The notes beneath the pieces are model-generated. The model had not been told where the DNA came from. It saw nothing but the letters and a program-made list of their open reading frames with translations, and ran no database searches. From the NCBI RefSeq assembly GCF_001545095.1, contig NZ_CP013213.1, positions 2,070,001-2,102,000 of the forward strand: 32,000 nucleotides of DNA, read 5' to 3'. Shown piece by piece: positions 18,749 to 27,079 of this stretch (positions within the stretch are counted from its first letter, which is position 1; the number at the start of each line of letters is the position of its first letter). This DNA is from Erysipelothrix larvae. GTDB taxonomy: Bacteria > Bacillota_I > Bacilli_A > Erysipelotrichales > Erysipelotrichaceae. The translations under genes were made by a program, and so were the position numbers.

Positions 18749-19127
18749 TATTTTCCTTTCCGTACACTCTTACGGTGTAGCTCTGTTCTAACAGTTGTAA
18801 TCCTGCCAATTCTTCATCGTCTGTGTATTGATCAGCATCGTATACCATATGAAAATAGCAATTATCAGTCTCGAATACTCTGTTTTTCAACACTTTTTCG
18901 ATTTTCTGGCCAATATCAAATAGTCTATCACTATAACTATTTACATCATCAAAGAGTTGGATGTAAATTTGATAGTCTTGAGTTATGGTTGCATCAATCT
19001 TTCCAGTGGTTTGAATAACAGCGTAAGGCTTTTCTGAATTTTTCTTTGCGCTATACCGATATATTTTTATATTTTCATACTCGTTATTAAGCAGTTCAAT
19101 AATCTTCATTTCAACTTCTTGACGCAT
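18741..19127 (-). CDS. Tail-completion / tail-terminator-position protein
   Basis: 128 aa, between the gp10-like protein and the major tail protein. Synteny only. Confidence 0.5.
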   Translation of the reverse strand: MRQEVEMKIIELLNNEYENIKIYRYSAKKNSEKPYAVIQTTGKIDATITQDYQIYIQLFDDVNSYSDRLFDIGQKIEKVLKNRVFETDNCYFHMVYDADQYTDDEELAGLQLLEQSYTVRVYGKENND

Positions 19128-19128
19128 G

Positions 19129-19500
19129 TTATTTTCCTTTCCTAATCTGATCTAATGCATACCCAATCATGCTTTGAATCGTACTTATGTTTTTCATTAC
19201 AACCGGCTTAATCGGATCAGTATCTCGTCTGATAATCCAAAGTGCATAAAACTGTTTCACTCCGATTTGAAGATCCTTCTCTTGTTTTCTCGCCCAGTAT
19301 CCTAAGGAACTTCTAAGTTTACCGCCGTTCTTTCCACGTCTTCTAGGAATATCCGGCCGTATCTCGCGAACAAGATTTTGTCCGATAACGCTTAATACTT
19401 TATGCGGAGCTTCTTCGATTTTAGATTGCATAACCGTCAAATTACTCTCAACAGTGAATTTTTTCCTTTTAGCCACTGTAATCACTACCTGTTGGCGCAA
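19129..19500 (-). CDS. HK97 gp10-family tail-completion protein
   Basis: Basic motif IRPDIPRRRGKNGGKLRSSLGYW is typical of the gp10 family as I remember it. Position fits. Confidence 0.6.
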   Translation of the reverse strand: MRQQVVITVAKRKKFTVESNLTVMQSKIEEAPHKVLSVIGQNLVREIRPDIPRRRGKNGGKLRSSLGYWARKQEKDLQIGVKQFYALWIIRRDTDPIKPVVMKNISTIQSMIGYALDQIRKGK

Positions 19501-19792
19501 TAAGAATTAGTTCTACCGTTTCATACTTTTGGTTGTCGTTAGTTGTTGATACATCATAAGTGTGGCCCCTGAATCGAACTTTGCTTTCGTCTGCATATTC
19601 AATTGATCTCACTTCGATTTTGTGAGATGGAGCACGTCCAATTGATGCACCCTGACTTTTCTCGTCTCGACTTAATTTCAGAACGTTGCAATAAACTTCT
19701 CTATAAATCGCTGTCGACTTATATATGCCATTGACTTCTATTTCAGTGACAGCTCCTAATTCCACAGTTTCATTCCAATACATATGCATCAA
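19469..19792 (-). CDS. Head closure / head-tail adaptor protein
   Basis: About 105 aa, following the connector protein. Pattern ...IEVRSIEYADESKVRFRGHTYDV resembles head-tail joining proteins. Confidence 0.6.
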   Translation of the reverse strand: MMHMYWNETVELGAVTEIEVNGIYKSTAIYREVYCNVLKLSRDEKSQGASIGRAPSHKIEVRSIEYADESKVRFRGHTYDVSTTNDNQKYETVELILIAPTGSDYSG

Positions 19793-20132
19793 CCTTTTCT
19801 ATCGGATCGGGATTTCGATAACGAGTCATAGCCAAATGTATACGCATTTTATCGTATATTTCAACATATTTTTCAGTATCTGGATTGCTCATTCCGAAGT
19901 GGGCTTTACAATATACTACTATCGCTCTAATAATTAATCGATCTTTAATTTCTTTGGATACATCAATATGTATAACTCCAGAAATATAAAGGTCTTCTAC
20001 ACAAGATAGGATTAAGTCTTCTATTTCTACATCAAAAGAAGTACTTGCCTGCGATATTCTCAGCGAAGTTTTAACTTTACTCATTAGTTGAAGATTTACT
20101 TCTTTCGTTTCGAATGTATCGTTATCACTCAT
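19770..20132 (-). CDS. gp6-like head-tail connector protein
   Basis: 120 aa, first gene after the capsid gene. Synteny plus general resemblance. Confidence 0.6.
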   Translation of the reverse strand: MSDNDTFETKEVNLQLMSKVKTSLRISQASTSFDVEIEDLILSCVEDLYISGVIHIDVSKEIKDRLIIRAIVVYCKAHFGMSNPDTEKYVEIYDKMRIHLAMTRYRNPDPIEKVDAYVLE

Positions 20133-20157
20133 AATATATCCTCCAATCTATATTTAG

Positions 20158-20177
20158 AGAGGGGATTTCTCCCCTCT
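20158..20177 (-). promoter_or_regulatory. Stable stem-loop after the capsid gene (no U-tract)
   Basis: AGAGGGGA-GAAA-TCCCCTCT on the minus strand, an 8-bp GC-rich stem, 5 nt after the capsid stop codon. Confidence 0.4.
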
Positions 20178-20182
20178 AAATG

Positions 20183-21337
20183 TTATTCTGATGCCTTAAT
20201 TAACTTCACAAATGCTTTTTCAAGCGCTGGTGTACCATCAAACATTGCTGCACCTAAGAATTCATAATTGTTAGATGTCAATGAGAAATCGGAAACAACA
20301 TTGATTTCTTCAGGCATATTTCCTTTATACCCCTCATATAAGTTTCCAAGGTATGCACATCCACGTGGCACATCGTCATCCATCAGTACTGGATAACCTT
20401 GAATATGGTACTCTCCATTGACGATTTGGACAAGGTCATTTTTAGCTTTATCTTGAAGAGGCAAGAAGTCATTGAGTAATGTTTTCTTAGATAGAATCCA
20501 TTTAGCACCTGCATCATATGCTCCAGGAAGTAATCCAACCAAAGATAATACATTATTAGCTGTTAGCGTTCCTGCAGATGCTACAGTAACTGAGTTATCT
20601 GCTGTCCAAACAATCTTGTCAATTCCTTTAGCTTCCCCAGTTCCACTTCCAAATAAAATTAGTTTTTTTAGTTTGCGTGAAATTGAGCGTACAAGATTTT
20701 TTACTAACCAGTCTTCAAACGCATCAACAGACATTCTGGTGATAGACTTAGATGCTTTTAATAATTTAGTTACTTCATAACCGAAGAGGTTAACAGCAAT
20801 AACCTTGTCTTCTGATGCAGTAATGGTAGCATTTTCTGCGTGTTTAGATGCTTCAGAGATTGGCTCTTCTACAGGAATAGTAATACCTCCAGCAACGCGC
20901 AATAGGTCGATTTCGCTCAATAATGGAGCTGATTGTTCTAGTAGCTCAATAATTTTGTTTTGTGTAACAGTTGGAACAACCGCTCTAGCACTCTCTTGTG
21001 CTGTTGAGAAAGCACGATGTTCAGCCTCGCTTAGAGCTACCCCACGAATGTTGTTTAAAAATGCAGAACGATATACAGTTTCTTCATTTTCTTGTGTAAG
21101 GTTATCGTGTGTATTGATTGGTTGCATTTGAGCAACCACTCCGCCTCTTACTACAACATCATTTAACAATTGTGTGCGACGTTCTGCAGCAGCCAAGATT
21201 TCATCTTCACGATCATTTAATGACCGAATTTCTGTTTCAAGAGCATCGTTTGCTTCAAGTGTTCCTGATTCCAGTTGTGATTTAATTTCCATTTTTCGAG
21301 CGCGTACTTGCTCCAAATTCATAATTTTGATGTCCAT
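20183..21337 (-). CDS. Major capsid protein, HK97 family
   Basis: 384 aa with an N-terminal coiled-coil delta-like region (LEQVRARKMEIKSQLESG...). Follows the prohead protease. SD GAGAGGA. Confidence 0.85.
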   Translation of the reverse strand: MDIKIMNLEQVRARKMEIKSQLESGTLEANDALETEIRSLNDREDEILAAAERRTQLLNDVVVRGGVVAQMQPINTHDNLTQENEETVYRSAFLNNIRGVALSEAEHRAFSTAQESARAVVPTVTQNKIIELLEQSAPLLSEIDLLRVAGGITIPVEEPISEASKHAENATITASEDKVIAVNLFGYEVTKLLKASKSITRMSVDAFEDWLVKNLVRSISRKLKKLILFGSGTGEAKGIDKIVWTADNSVTVASAGTLTANNVLSLVGLLPGAYDAGAKWILSKKTLLNDFLPLQDKAKNDLVQIVNGEYHIQGYPVLMDDDVPRGCAYLGNLYEGYKGNMPEEINVVSDFSLTSNNYEFLGAAMFDGTPALEKAFVKLIKASE

Positions 21338-21359
21338 ATTATTTCCTCTCTTTCGTTTT

Positions 21360-21992
21360 TTATAGTTCTAATAGCAACATCAGTTTGCGTTTTTTCATTT
21401 CTTGCTCAAGCAACTCCTGCTTTTCCTTTTCAATCACTCCGTCAATAAAGGAACGAGCACTTATTTCGGTGTCAGGATTCGCTGGAATACTCACAGCGGA
21501 CACATCGAAAACTTTTTTAATGGACTGAATCGTCCGTGTTCTTGTATCACGATTAAATTCTTGTTGTGATACGGTAAAAGCAAAACTCATTCTTGTAACG
21601 AGTCCACTTTCAATTTCTTCGTACATCTGACGTGATGTCTCCGTTTTTGATAAATCGGCACGAATATATAATCCGTGCGAGTCCACTTTCAACGAGAGTG
21701 TTTCATTCGATATCCTTGCATACACTTTGCCCTGATGATCGTATTGAAAAATAACATCACTCATGTCTGCACCATTGAATGCGTTACGGTCAACTACTTC
21801 ATAATACTTAACGCCATCATATTCGAAGAGTACATATGGTTTATCGAATGTTGTTGCATAGCCCTCGACAATGTAATCTCCTTTTGTTTCTACCTCGAAC
21901 GCGCCGCGAAACTCTCGACCGCGTGCGATTTTATCCATAAGCATCGATTCATAGGAATCTTTATTTCCATTGCTTACTGTTCCTACCGTCAT
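21360..21992 (-). CDS. Prohead (HK97-family) maturation protease
   Basis: 210 aa between portal and capsid. VEGYATTFDKPY and SFAF motifs resemble HK97-type proteases. Confidence 0.8.
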   Translation of the reverse strand: MTVGTVSNGNKDSYESMLMDKIARGREFRGAFEVETKGDYIVEGYATTFDKPYVLFEYDGVKYYEVVDRNAFNGADMSDVIFQYDHQGKVYARISNETLSLKVDSHGLYIRADLSKTETSRQMYEEIESGLVTRMSFAFTVSQQEFNRDTRTRTIQSIKKVFDVSAVSIPANPDTEISARSFIDGVIEKEKQELLEQEMKKRKLMLLLEL

Positions 21993-23182
21993 TTGGTTAC
22001 CTCGCTTTCTTTTCGGTCATATTTAATAGCACCATCTTCACCAATCTCAGCATATTCTTTCCGTATGTACTTCTTGTTATTACCAGTGATTGGTAATCCC
22101 CATGCTTCTGCAACATCGTCAACACCATAAATTCCACGATCAAACAATCCTGAAGTAACTTCATATTTTGTTTTATTGGATGCGTATTGAAGCCTATTTG
22201 ATTGGAAGTAAAGATTGCTTCCCTTTTTAATATCGGAAAGGGTAAAAATCATGTTATTGATTGCTAGACTACATTGAATTGCAAAAGTCTCTATCTCGCC
22301 TTCATAAAATGAATTCCAAACATTTTCATCAAAATCATTTTGCAGTATTTTTTGATTAACTCCAAAATATGAAAATATACTGTTTTTTATATACTCCATT
22401 TGGGCCGTCTCGATTACAAATTGTTTCGATTCAAGTTGCTTAACATCCTTGTATTTACCATCTATAATCATTACTCCAGTGTCGTTCTCAGCTGAAAGAT
22501 TCTTCATTGAGAAATTTTCACGTTCCTTTTTTAAATCATCCTCGTGCAATGGTTGTGAAAGTGCAGCAATAAAGCGTATCGCTGCAGAAGATTTGATTGA
22601 CTGATTAATCGCTTGATTTTGCATATCTATTAAGTTGAGTGTCGAATCGAGCGCTTGATTGGTATCACCAAACAGTTCGCTCGCATAATTCATTTTCATG
22701 ATCACTCCGACACGATCATATTCAATCGCTGCTTTTTGGCCATTTGCAAATGTATATCGAAGATAAAGCGCTCCTTCATATTCGACTATTTCGCTCATTG
22801 ATGCTTTTAGAGGGTACAAACCATTAATCACAGTTTGCTCAACATCACGATACAAAGGCAAAATAAAAACACATGTATCAGTTTCATACAACGTTCTCAA
22901 ACGGTATAGGAAATCGTATGTGCTTTGGAAGGGATTTGGTTTTGTTGACAGTATCAATCCTAATTCTTTATTGATATCCCCAATAATCAACGGTTTAAGC
23001 TTTGCAGTGTGCTTTGCTTTAGCATGTATTGCTGAACGAATCAAATCTGACTCGTAAACACTTGAGTGTTTCCGATTGAAAAAATAAGGTGATTCAAAAT
23101 TGAGCATTTTTAGTAATTGGCCCATTGATACTGCCTGTAAATCTTTCTCTTTCGGTTTGAATAAAAAATCAAAGAATCCCAC
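21989..23182 (-). CDS. Portal protein
   Basis: 397 aa immediately after TerL. GTG start behind an AGGAGG SD. Overlaps the protease start by 4 nt. Confidence 0.85.
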   Translation of the reverse strand: MGFFDFLFKPKEKDLQAVSMGQLLKMLNFESPYFFNRKHSSVYESDLIRSAIHAKAKHTAKLKPLIIGDINKELGLILSTKPNPFQSTYDFLYRLRTLYETDTCVFILPLYRDVEQTVINGLYPLKASMSEIVEYEGALYLRYTFANGQKAAIEYDRVGVIMKMNYASELFGDTNQALDSTLNLIDMQNQAINQSIKSSAAIRFIAALSQPLHEDDLKKERENFSMKNLSAENDTGVMIIDGKYKDVKQLESKQFVIETAQMEYIKNSIFSYFGVNQKILQNDFDENVWNSFYEGEIETFAIQCSLAINNMIFTLSDIKKGSNLYFQSNRLQYASNKTKYEVTSGLFDRGIYGVDDVAEAWGLPITGNNKKYIRKEYAEIGEDGAIKYDRKESEVTK

Positions 23183-23191
23183 ATTAACCTC

Positions 23192-24877
23192 CTATCTAAT
23201 AAATCCTATATATTCACTTCTGTTACGCTCCATTGAAACGTACGCATTTAATGCAGATGCAAACCCATCAATCCGTTGTTTCGATGTTTTGATTTTCATT
23301 GGCATAATATTTCCGTTTTTATCTGGAATAACCTTAACGTTCATGCTACACCATTCAAAAATAGGGTTTTGATTATATACCAGTTTGCTCGATTTCATGT
23401 CGGCCGTTAGTTGATACATCGGTGCAGACAGCGTGTAAACACCTTGAATAACTTGATCCATAACGATATCACCAAATTGATCTTTCATTTCTTGCACAAG
23501 ATAATTTGCTGAGTAACGGTCATAACCGATTCGATAATACATAAACCGATGTTTGCGTTGCATTTCAACAAACCATTCGAGTACATCCTTATGATTGACT
23601 CTGTTTCCCTGACACGTCCTTAAATAACCATCATTAATCCATTTTCGATAGGGCACAATTCCATCTGATTCTCTATCTTCCAATGAATCCTCCGGAATCC
23701 AATACATTTGATCCATGTACATTTTTTCATCACTATGTGACATAAATAAAATTGTGGCACATGTCATATCTATCGTCTCAGATAAGTCAAAACCACCAAA
23801 TACATATTTAGGTTTAACCGCGAGCGGATTGTTTGGTTCATCCGCATAATATACGAATCTTTCATCGTTTTGAATGTCTTCCAAACTGAACCAACTTTCA
23901 GCACTCGTATCCGGAACATTACAATCTTTTGCTAAGAAGTTTCGAACAAGCTCAGGCTTTCGCAAGGCTTTTTTATGCTTTTCTCGAATCGTTTTCTCTT
24001 TTTTGATTGTACCTAACCCAGGATTTGCTTTTCGAATATTTTCAAAGTCTTTCCATTCGTCGCGTTTATCAAGCTCGTAAATAATATTCAATGTGTTTTC
24101 ATCAATATCTTCGCCTTTTTCAAAAAAGTTTATTTGATTCTCAGCATCGGAATATAAACGGTCAAACACGACGCTTTTTTCCGTTCCTGCCGTTGTAGTT
24201 CCAAAAATCATCCAGTTCAAACGTGCTGACGTAGCATCAAGCATTACATCATACATGTTCATGTCTTTCCATGCTTCGATTTCGTCCAAAGTTGCTCCAT
24301 GCACATTCAAACCATCGAGAGATTTTGAATCACGTCCCAAAGGTACGTATTTGCCTTCATTGAAAGCTGTAATAATTTCGGAGTGTTTAACTTTCGCGAA
24401 TTTTTTCAAAGCAGAAGACTTGTTAATCATCTTCGTAGCTTCTTCCCAAATGATCTTGGCTTGTGCGTGTTTGGTTGCAACCGCATATACTTCAGGCCCA
24501 GGTTCCCCATCTGCGATGAGAAGGTATAAGCTGATTGCCGCTGCCAAGGTAGACTTTCCATTTTTACGTGCGACCATAAACATAACAAAACGATATTTAC
24601 GAATGTTTGTGCCTCTATGTACGATACCGAACATCGCAGCAACTAATGCTTTTTGCCAAAGTTCAAGAATAAACGGTTTTCCACCAACTTCACCTTTTGA
24701 GTGCTTACAGAACGTTTGAATAAAATCAAGTGCGTGATTTGCTAGATCTTCGTTATATTCAAATTTTTTGGAAGTCAGTACATTTGTGATAATAAACCAA
24801 TAGGTTATTCGCACCTTGCGCGGAACAATTTCTGTTCCGTCCAAAATCTTTTGATAATATTCATAAATTGGATTCAT
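23192..24877 (-). CDS. terL: Terminase large subunit
   Basis: 561 aa. N-terminal ATPase region (GKPFILELWQKALVAAMFG, VARKNGKS Walker-A-like) and a C-terminal nuclease region. The ATG overlaps the TerS stop (ATGA). Confidence 0.9.
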   Translation of the reverse strand: MNPIYEYYQKILDGTEIVPRKVRITYWFIITNVLTSKKFEYNEDLANHALDFIQTFCKHSKGEVGGKPFILELWQKALVAAMFGIVHRGTNIRKYRFVMFMVARKNGKSTLAAAISLYLLIADGEPGPEVYAVATKHAQAKIIWEEATKMINKSSALKKFAKVKHSEIITAFNEGKYVPLGRDSKSLDGLNVHGATLDEIEAWKDMNMYDVMLDATSARLNWMIFGTTTAGTEKSVVFDRLYSDAENQINFFEKGEDIDENTLNIIYELDKRDEWKDFENIRKANPGLGTIKKEKTIREKHKKALRKPELVRNFLAKDCNVPDTSAESWFSLEDIQNDERFVYYADEPNNPLAVKPKYVFGGFDLSETIDMTCATILFMSHSDEKMYMDQMYWIPEDSLEDRESDGIVPYRKWINDGYLRTCQGNRVNHKDVLEWFVEMQRKHRFMYYRIGYDRYSANYLVQEMKDQFGDIVMDQVIQGVYTLSAPMYQLTADMKSSKLVYNQNPIFEWCSMNVKVIPDKNGNIMPMKIKTSKQRIDGFASALNAYVSMERNRSEYIGFIR

Positions 24878-25260
24878 CGCGGTTTTCCTTTTTTCAAGAA
24901 TGCACGCAATTCGTCGTTGTCTGATATATCTTCATTTTCCGGAAGCAAGTCCGTCAATTGTTTAATGATTTCTTTGTATTGTTTTAAGAAAGCATTGTAT
25001 GTAGATATGTCTGGATTTTGTTTTGTGCCAAATTGATTTTTTCCATTTTGGTATTCAATGGTAGTTCCTTCATCATTAATTGCCTCCTGCAACTCATAAA
25101 GATGGACATAAAGAAAAGCTCCGTTTTCAATCAATCCTTCAGCAATTTTCTTTTTCTCAGGATTCATCGCTTTGTATGAGCTTTTGATTTTTCGTTTTGC
25201 TCGTGTAACTAGTTCATCCAATGTGAACGGCTCTCCGGTTTTTTTATTTATTTCACGCAT
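24874..25260 (-). CDS. terS: Terminase small subunit (P27-family-like)
   Basis: Start moved to MREINKK (ATG 25260) behind AAAGGAGG. The track's 24 extra N-terminal codons run through the GC-rich palindromic region. Position is between HNH and TerL. Confidence 0.75.
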   Translation of the reverse strand: MREINKKTGEPFTLDELVTRAKRKIKSSYKAMNPEKKKIAEGLIENGAFLYVHLYELQEAINDEGTTIEYQNGKNQFGTKQNPDISTYNAFLKQYKEIIKQLTDLLPENEDISDNDELRAFLKKGKPR

Positions 25261-25383
25261 TTTCGTTAATTCCTCCTTTCCGGACACCACACCCCCCTCG
25301 CGCGCGAGGTTGTGTGAATTTATACTCCCCACCGACGGTCCCCTTGGGAACGGAGTTTTTTTTAAATAGGGGGGTATCTTGCT
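25261..25383. other. Candidate cos (cohesive-end) region between HNH and TerS
   Basis: The only markedly GC-rich non-coding patch in the phage. It has a perfect 14-bp palindrome CCTCGCGCGCGAGG (25296-25309) flanked by CACAC/GTGTG arms, then CCCCACCGACGGTCCCCTTGGGAACGG, a T8 run and a G6 run (25356-25374). Confidence 0.4.
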
Positions 25384-25749
25384 TTAAATACTGCTCTTTT
25401 TCTTTGTTAATCGCCCATTTTCATCGAAGAACACATCGTTTGGGATTGCTTCTTTGCTCGAATTATGATGTTTATTATGACAATCTTGACATAATAATTC
25501 TAGATTGTTCCATCCTAATGATACGAATGGGTTTGATATATTACGCGGATTAAGTTCTTCAATGTGATGCACGATTCCGTAATATACTTCCTTACCTTCT
25601 TTACGAAGCTTAAGATACTGTGGATCATTACGTCTCCAACAAGCACGACCACAACGTTCGCATATTCCAAATTGTGACTCATAATATGCATCTCTGCATA
25701 CTCTCCACTGTTTTGATTTATAAAAAGACTTCGCAAAGTCTTTTGCCAT
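25384..25749 (-). CDS. HNH endonuclease (packaging-associated)
   Basis: Cys-rich N-terminus (CERCGR). HNH core GIVHHIEEL...NLELLCQDCHNKHH. SD GGAGGTG. Confidence 0.9.
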   Translation of the reverse strand: MAKDFAKSFYKSKQWRVCRDAYYESQFGICERCGRACWRRNDPQYLKLRKEGKEVYYGIVHHIEELNPRNISNPFVSLGWNNLELLCQDCHNKHHNSSKEAIPNDVFFDENGRLTKKKSSI

Positions 25750-25770
25750 TGAATCACCTCCAATGATTGG

Positions 25771-25797
25771 GTAAAAGAAAAGAGCCGTTCGGCTCTA
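25771..25797 (-). terminator. Rho-independent terminator closing the two-gene accessory cassette
   Basis: Stem AGAGCC/GGCTCT (25781-25786 and 25791-25796) with a 4-nt loop, followed on the minus strand by TTTTCTTTT. The stem includes the stop codon at 25795-25797. Confidence 0.65.
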
Positions 25798-26355
25798 TTT
25801 TATTGCTTCTATTGCTTTGAATAATTTATCAACGTTTGGGAATAGATAAATAAATAGCCATCCTAAAAACCCAAGAACAGTGATAAACGCTGTTGTTAAA
25901 ATCCAATTTCTTAACCTTATTTCAGTATTTTCTAATTTAGTTTCTAAACTTTCTTTTGTAATCAATTTATCATCAATTTTTTCTAACAGGATAACAATAC
26001 TATCAAGTCTTTTTTCAATATTCTCAAGTCTTTTTTCGTTAGAATCTTTGTATACATTAAAAGTCTCCTGACTTACATTGTTGCTCATATCATACCCTCC
26101 TACACTAGTGTCACTATTGTTTAATAGCGGATAATTTTCAGTAGTTTTCGGATCATTCAATTTTAATGATCCGGGATTCACATTTCCATGAATTAGCGAG
26201 GCAAATCCAATACCAATTGTAAGAAATAGAATTGAAGCATGAGACTTACCCTTTTGTAATGTTTTATTATCTGATAAATCTTGTATGATTTCTCTGTAGT
26301 GACTACCATTATTTTTATCAATGATTAGGGTTATTGAATTAGTCTCAATCTTCAT
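25795..26355 (-). CDS. Two-TM membrane protein with a central coiled coil, 186 aa
   Basis: Start set at MKIETNS (ATG 26355), overlapping the upstream stop by 11 nt. TM1 is ASILFLTIGIGFASLIHG. The coiled coil is NEKRLENIEKRLDSIVILLEKIDDKL...ETKLENTEIRLRNW. TM2 is ILTTAFITVLGFLGWLFIYLF. Confidence 0.65.
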   Translation of the reverse strand: MKIETNSITLIIDKNNGSHYREIIQDLSDNKTLQKGKSHASILFLTIGIGFASLIHGNVNPGSLKLNDPKTTENYPLLNNSDTSVGGYDMSNNVSQETFNVYKDSNEKRLENIEKRLDSIVILLEKIDDKLITKESLETKLENTEIRLRNWILTTAFITVLGFLGWLFIYLFPNVDKLFKAIEAIK

Positions 26356-26755
26356 ATTTATAGATTTTATCAGCTTCAATAGTAAATCGAAGTTTATATA
26401 CATCACCATCAATTGTTGCAATAATAGTGTGGATTCCCACTTTCATAAATGCAGTGTTTTTAACATCAAGATTTAAATTAAAGTTATCAAAATCTTGTCC
26501 AATAGGCGGGATTGTTTGAGGGGCTTGTCCGAATACACTATTACCTTCTGGATCTTCTATATTAAACCCAAATGATAACCCTTCTTTAAAAGTATACCCT
26601 GTCGTAACAAACATTACGTGAAATGATAAAGCCGAAGGTACAAACGGTAACCTAAAAGCTAAAACAGGTTGAACGAGTCTATTTGTTACTGCTCCATTTG
26701 GAGCTATTACTTGCTCATTTCCCTCTGCAATAATAATTTGACACATCTTTTCCAT
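26345..26755 (-). CDS. Hypothetical beta-rich soluble protein, 136 aa
   Basis: Start set at MEKMCQIII (ATG 26755), 10 nt after a GAGGAG SD. The track's ATG at 26782 abuts the predicted -10 box. No recognised motif. Confidence 0.6.
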   Translation of the reverse strand: MEKMCQIIIAEGNEQVIAPNGAVTNRLVQPVLAFRLPFVPSALSFHVMFVTTGYTFKEGLSFGFNIEDPEGNSVFGQAPQTIPPIGQDFDNFNLNLDVKNTAFMKVGIHTIIATIDGDVYKLRFTIEADKIYKYED

Positions 26756-26782
26756 TAATCTTTTTCTCCTCATGACACCCAT

Positions 26783-26812
26783 AATATATCACAAAAAGGA
26801 ATAAAAATGTCA
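26783..26812 (-). promoter_or_regulatory. Putative promoter with extended -10 (TGaTATATT)
   Basis: Minus strand TGACAT (26812-26807), an 18-nt spacer, then TG-A-TATATT (26791-26783). Confidence 0.5.
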
Positions 26813-26813
26813 C

Positions 26814-26854
26814 TTTTTGAGCGAGTTTTCCACATTTTTGATGAGTTTTCCACA
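26814..26854 (-). repeat. Tandem 21/20-bp direct repeat TTTTTGA(GC/T)GAGTTTTCCACA x2, just upstream of the -35
   Basis: The core GAGTTTTCCACA is identical at 26823-26834 and 26843-26854 (20-nt period). Confidence 0.9.
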
Positions 26855-27079
26855 CTTATTTAGGGTGCAAAATTGCATTTCAGCCTTTATTTAGTGTGTT
26901 TTGGTCTTTTTACACCTACACCCCCACCCCCTAACACAATAAAACCCACCGTTGGGCTACAGTGAGTTTTATTTAGCATAAGGAGAAAACCTATGAATTT
27001 TTAGAAAAGGGCGGTCCCTCTTGGCCAAAAGACCACATTACCATAATATCACGGAAAATAGCGGACTGAGTGTCATCTT

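Noticed and set aside
14537-24719. Many plus-strand ORFs in the track inside the prophage (for example 14537-14920, 15744-16136, 16173-16547, 20472-21131, 21675-22130, 24255-24719)
   Set aside because: Each is fully embedded antisense to a long, well-supported minus-strand structural gene. They lack SD sequences and have low-complexity, Ser/Leu/Phe-rich translations. These are shadow ORFs.
26814-26854. The direct repeats considered as a CRISPR array
   Set aside because: There are only two abutting copies with no spacers and no cas genes. Their position at a promoter fits regulator binding sites.
26911-26935. The C-rich run CACCTACACCCCCACCCCCTAACAC (G-rich on the minus strand), considered as a G-quadruplex or second cos candidate
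   Set aside because: It has only two long G-runs, which is not enough for a canonical quadruplex. It has no palindrome or neighbouring packaging gene. The HNH-TerS spacer is the better cos candidate.
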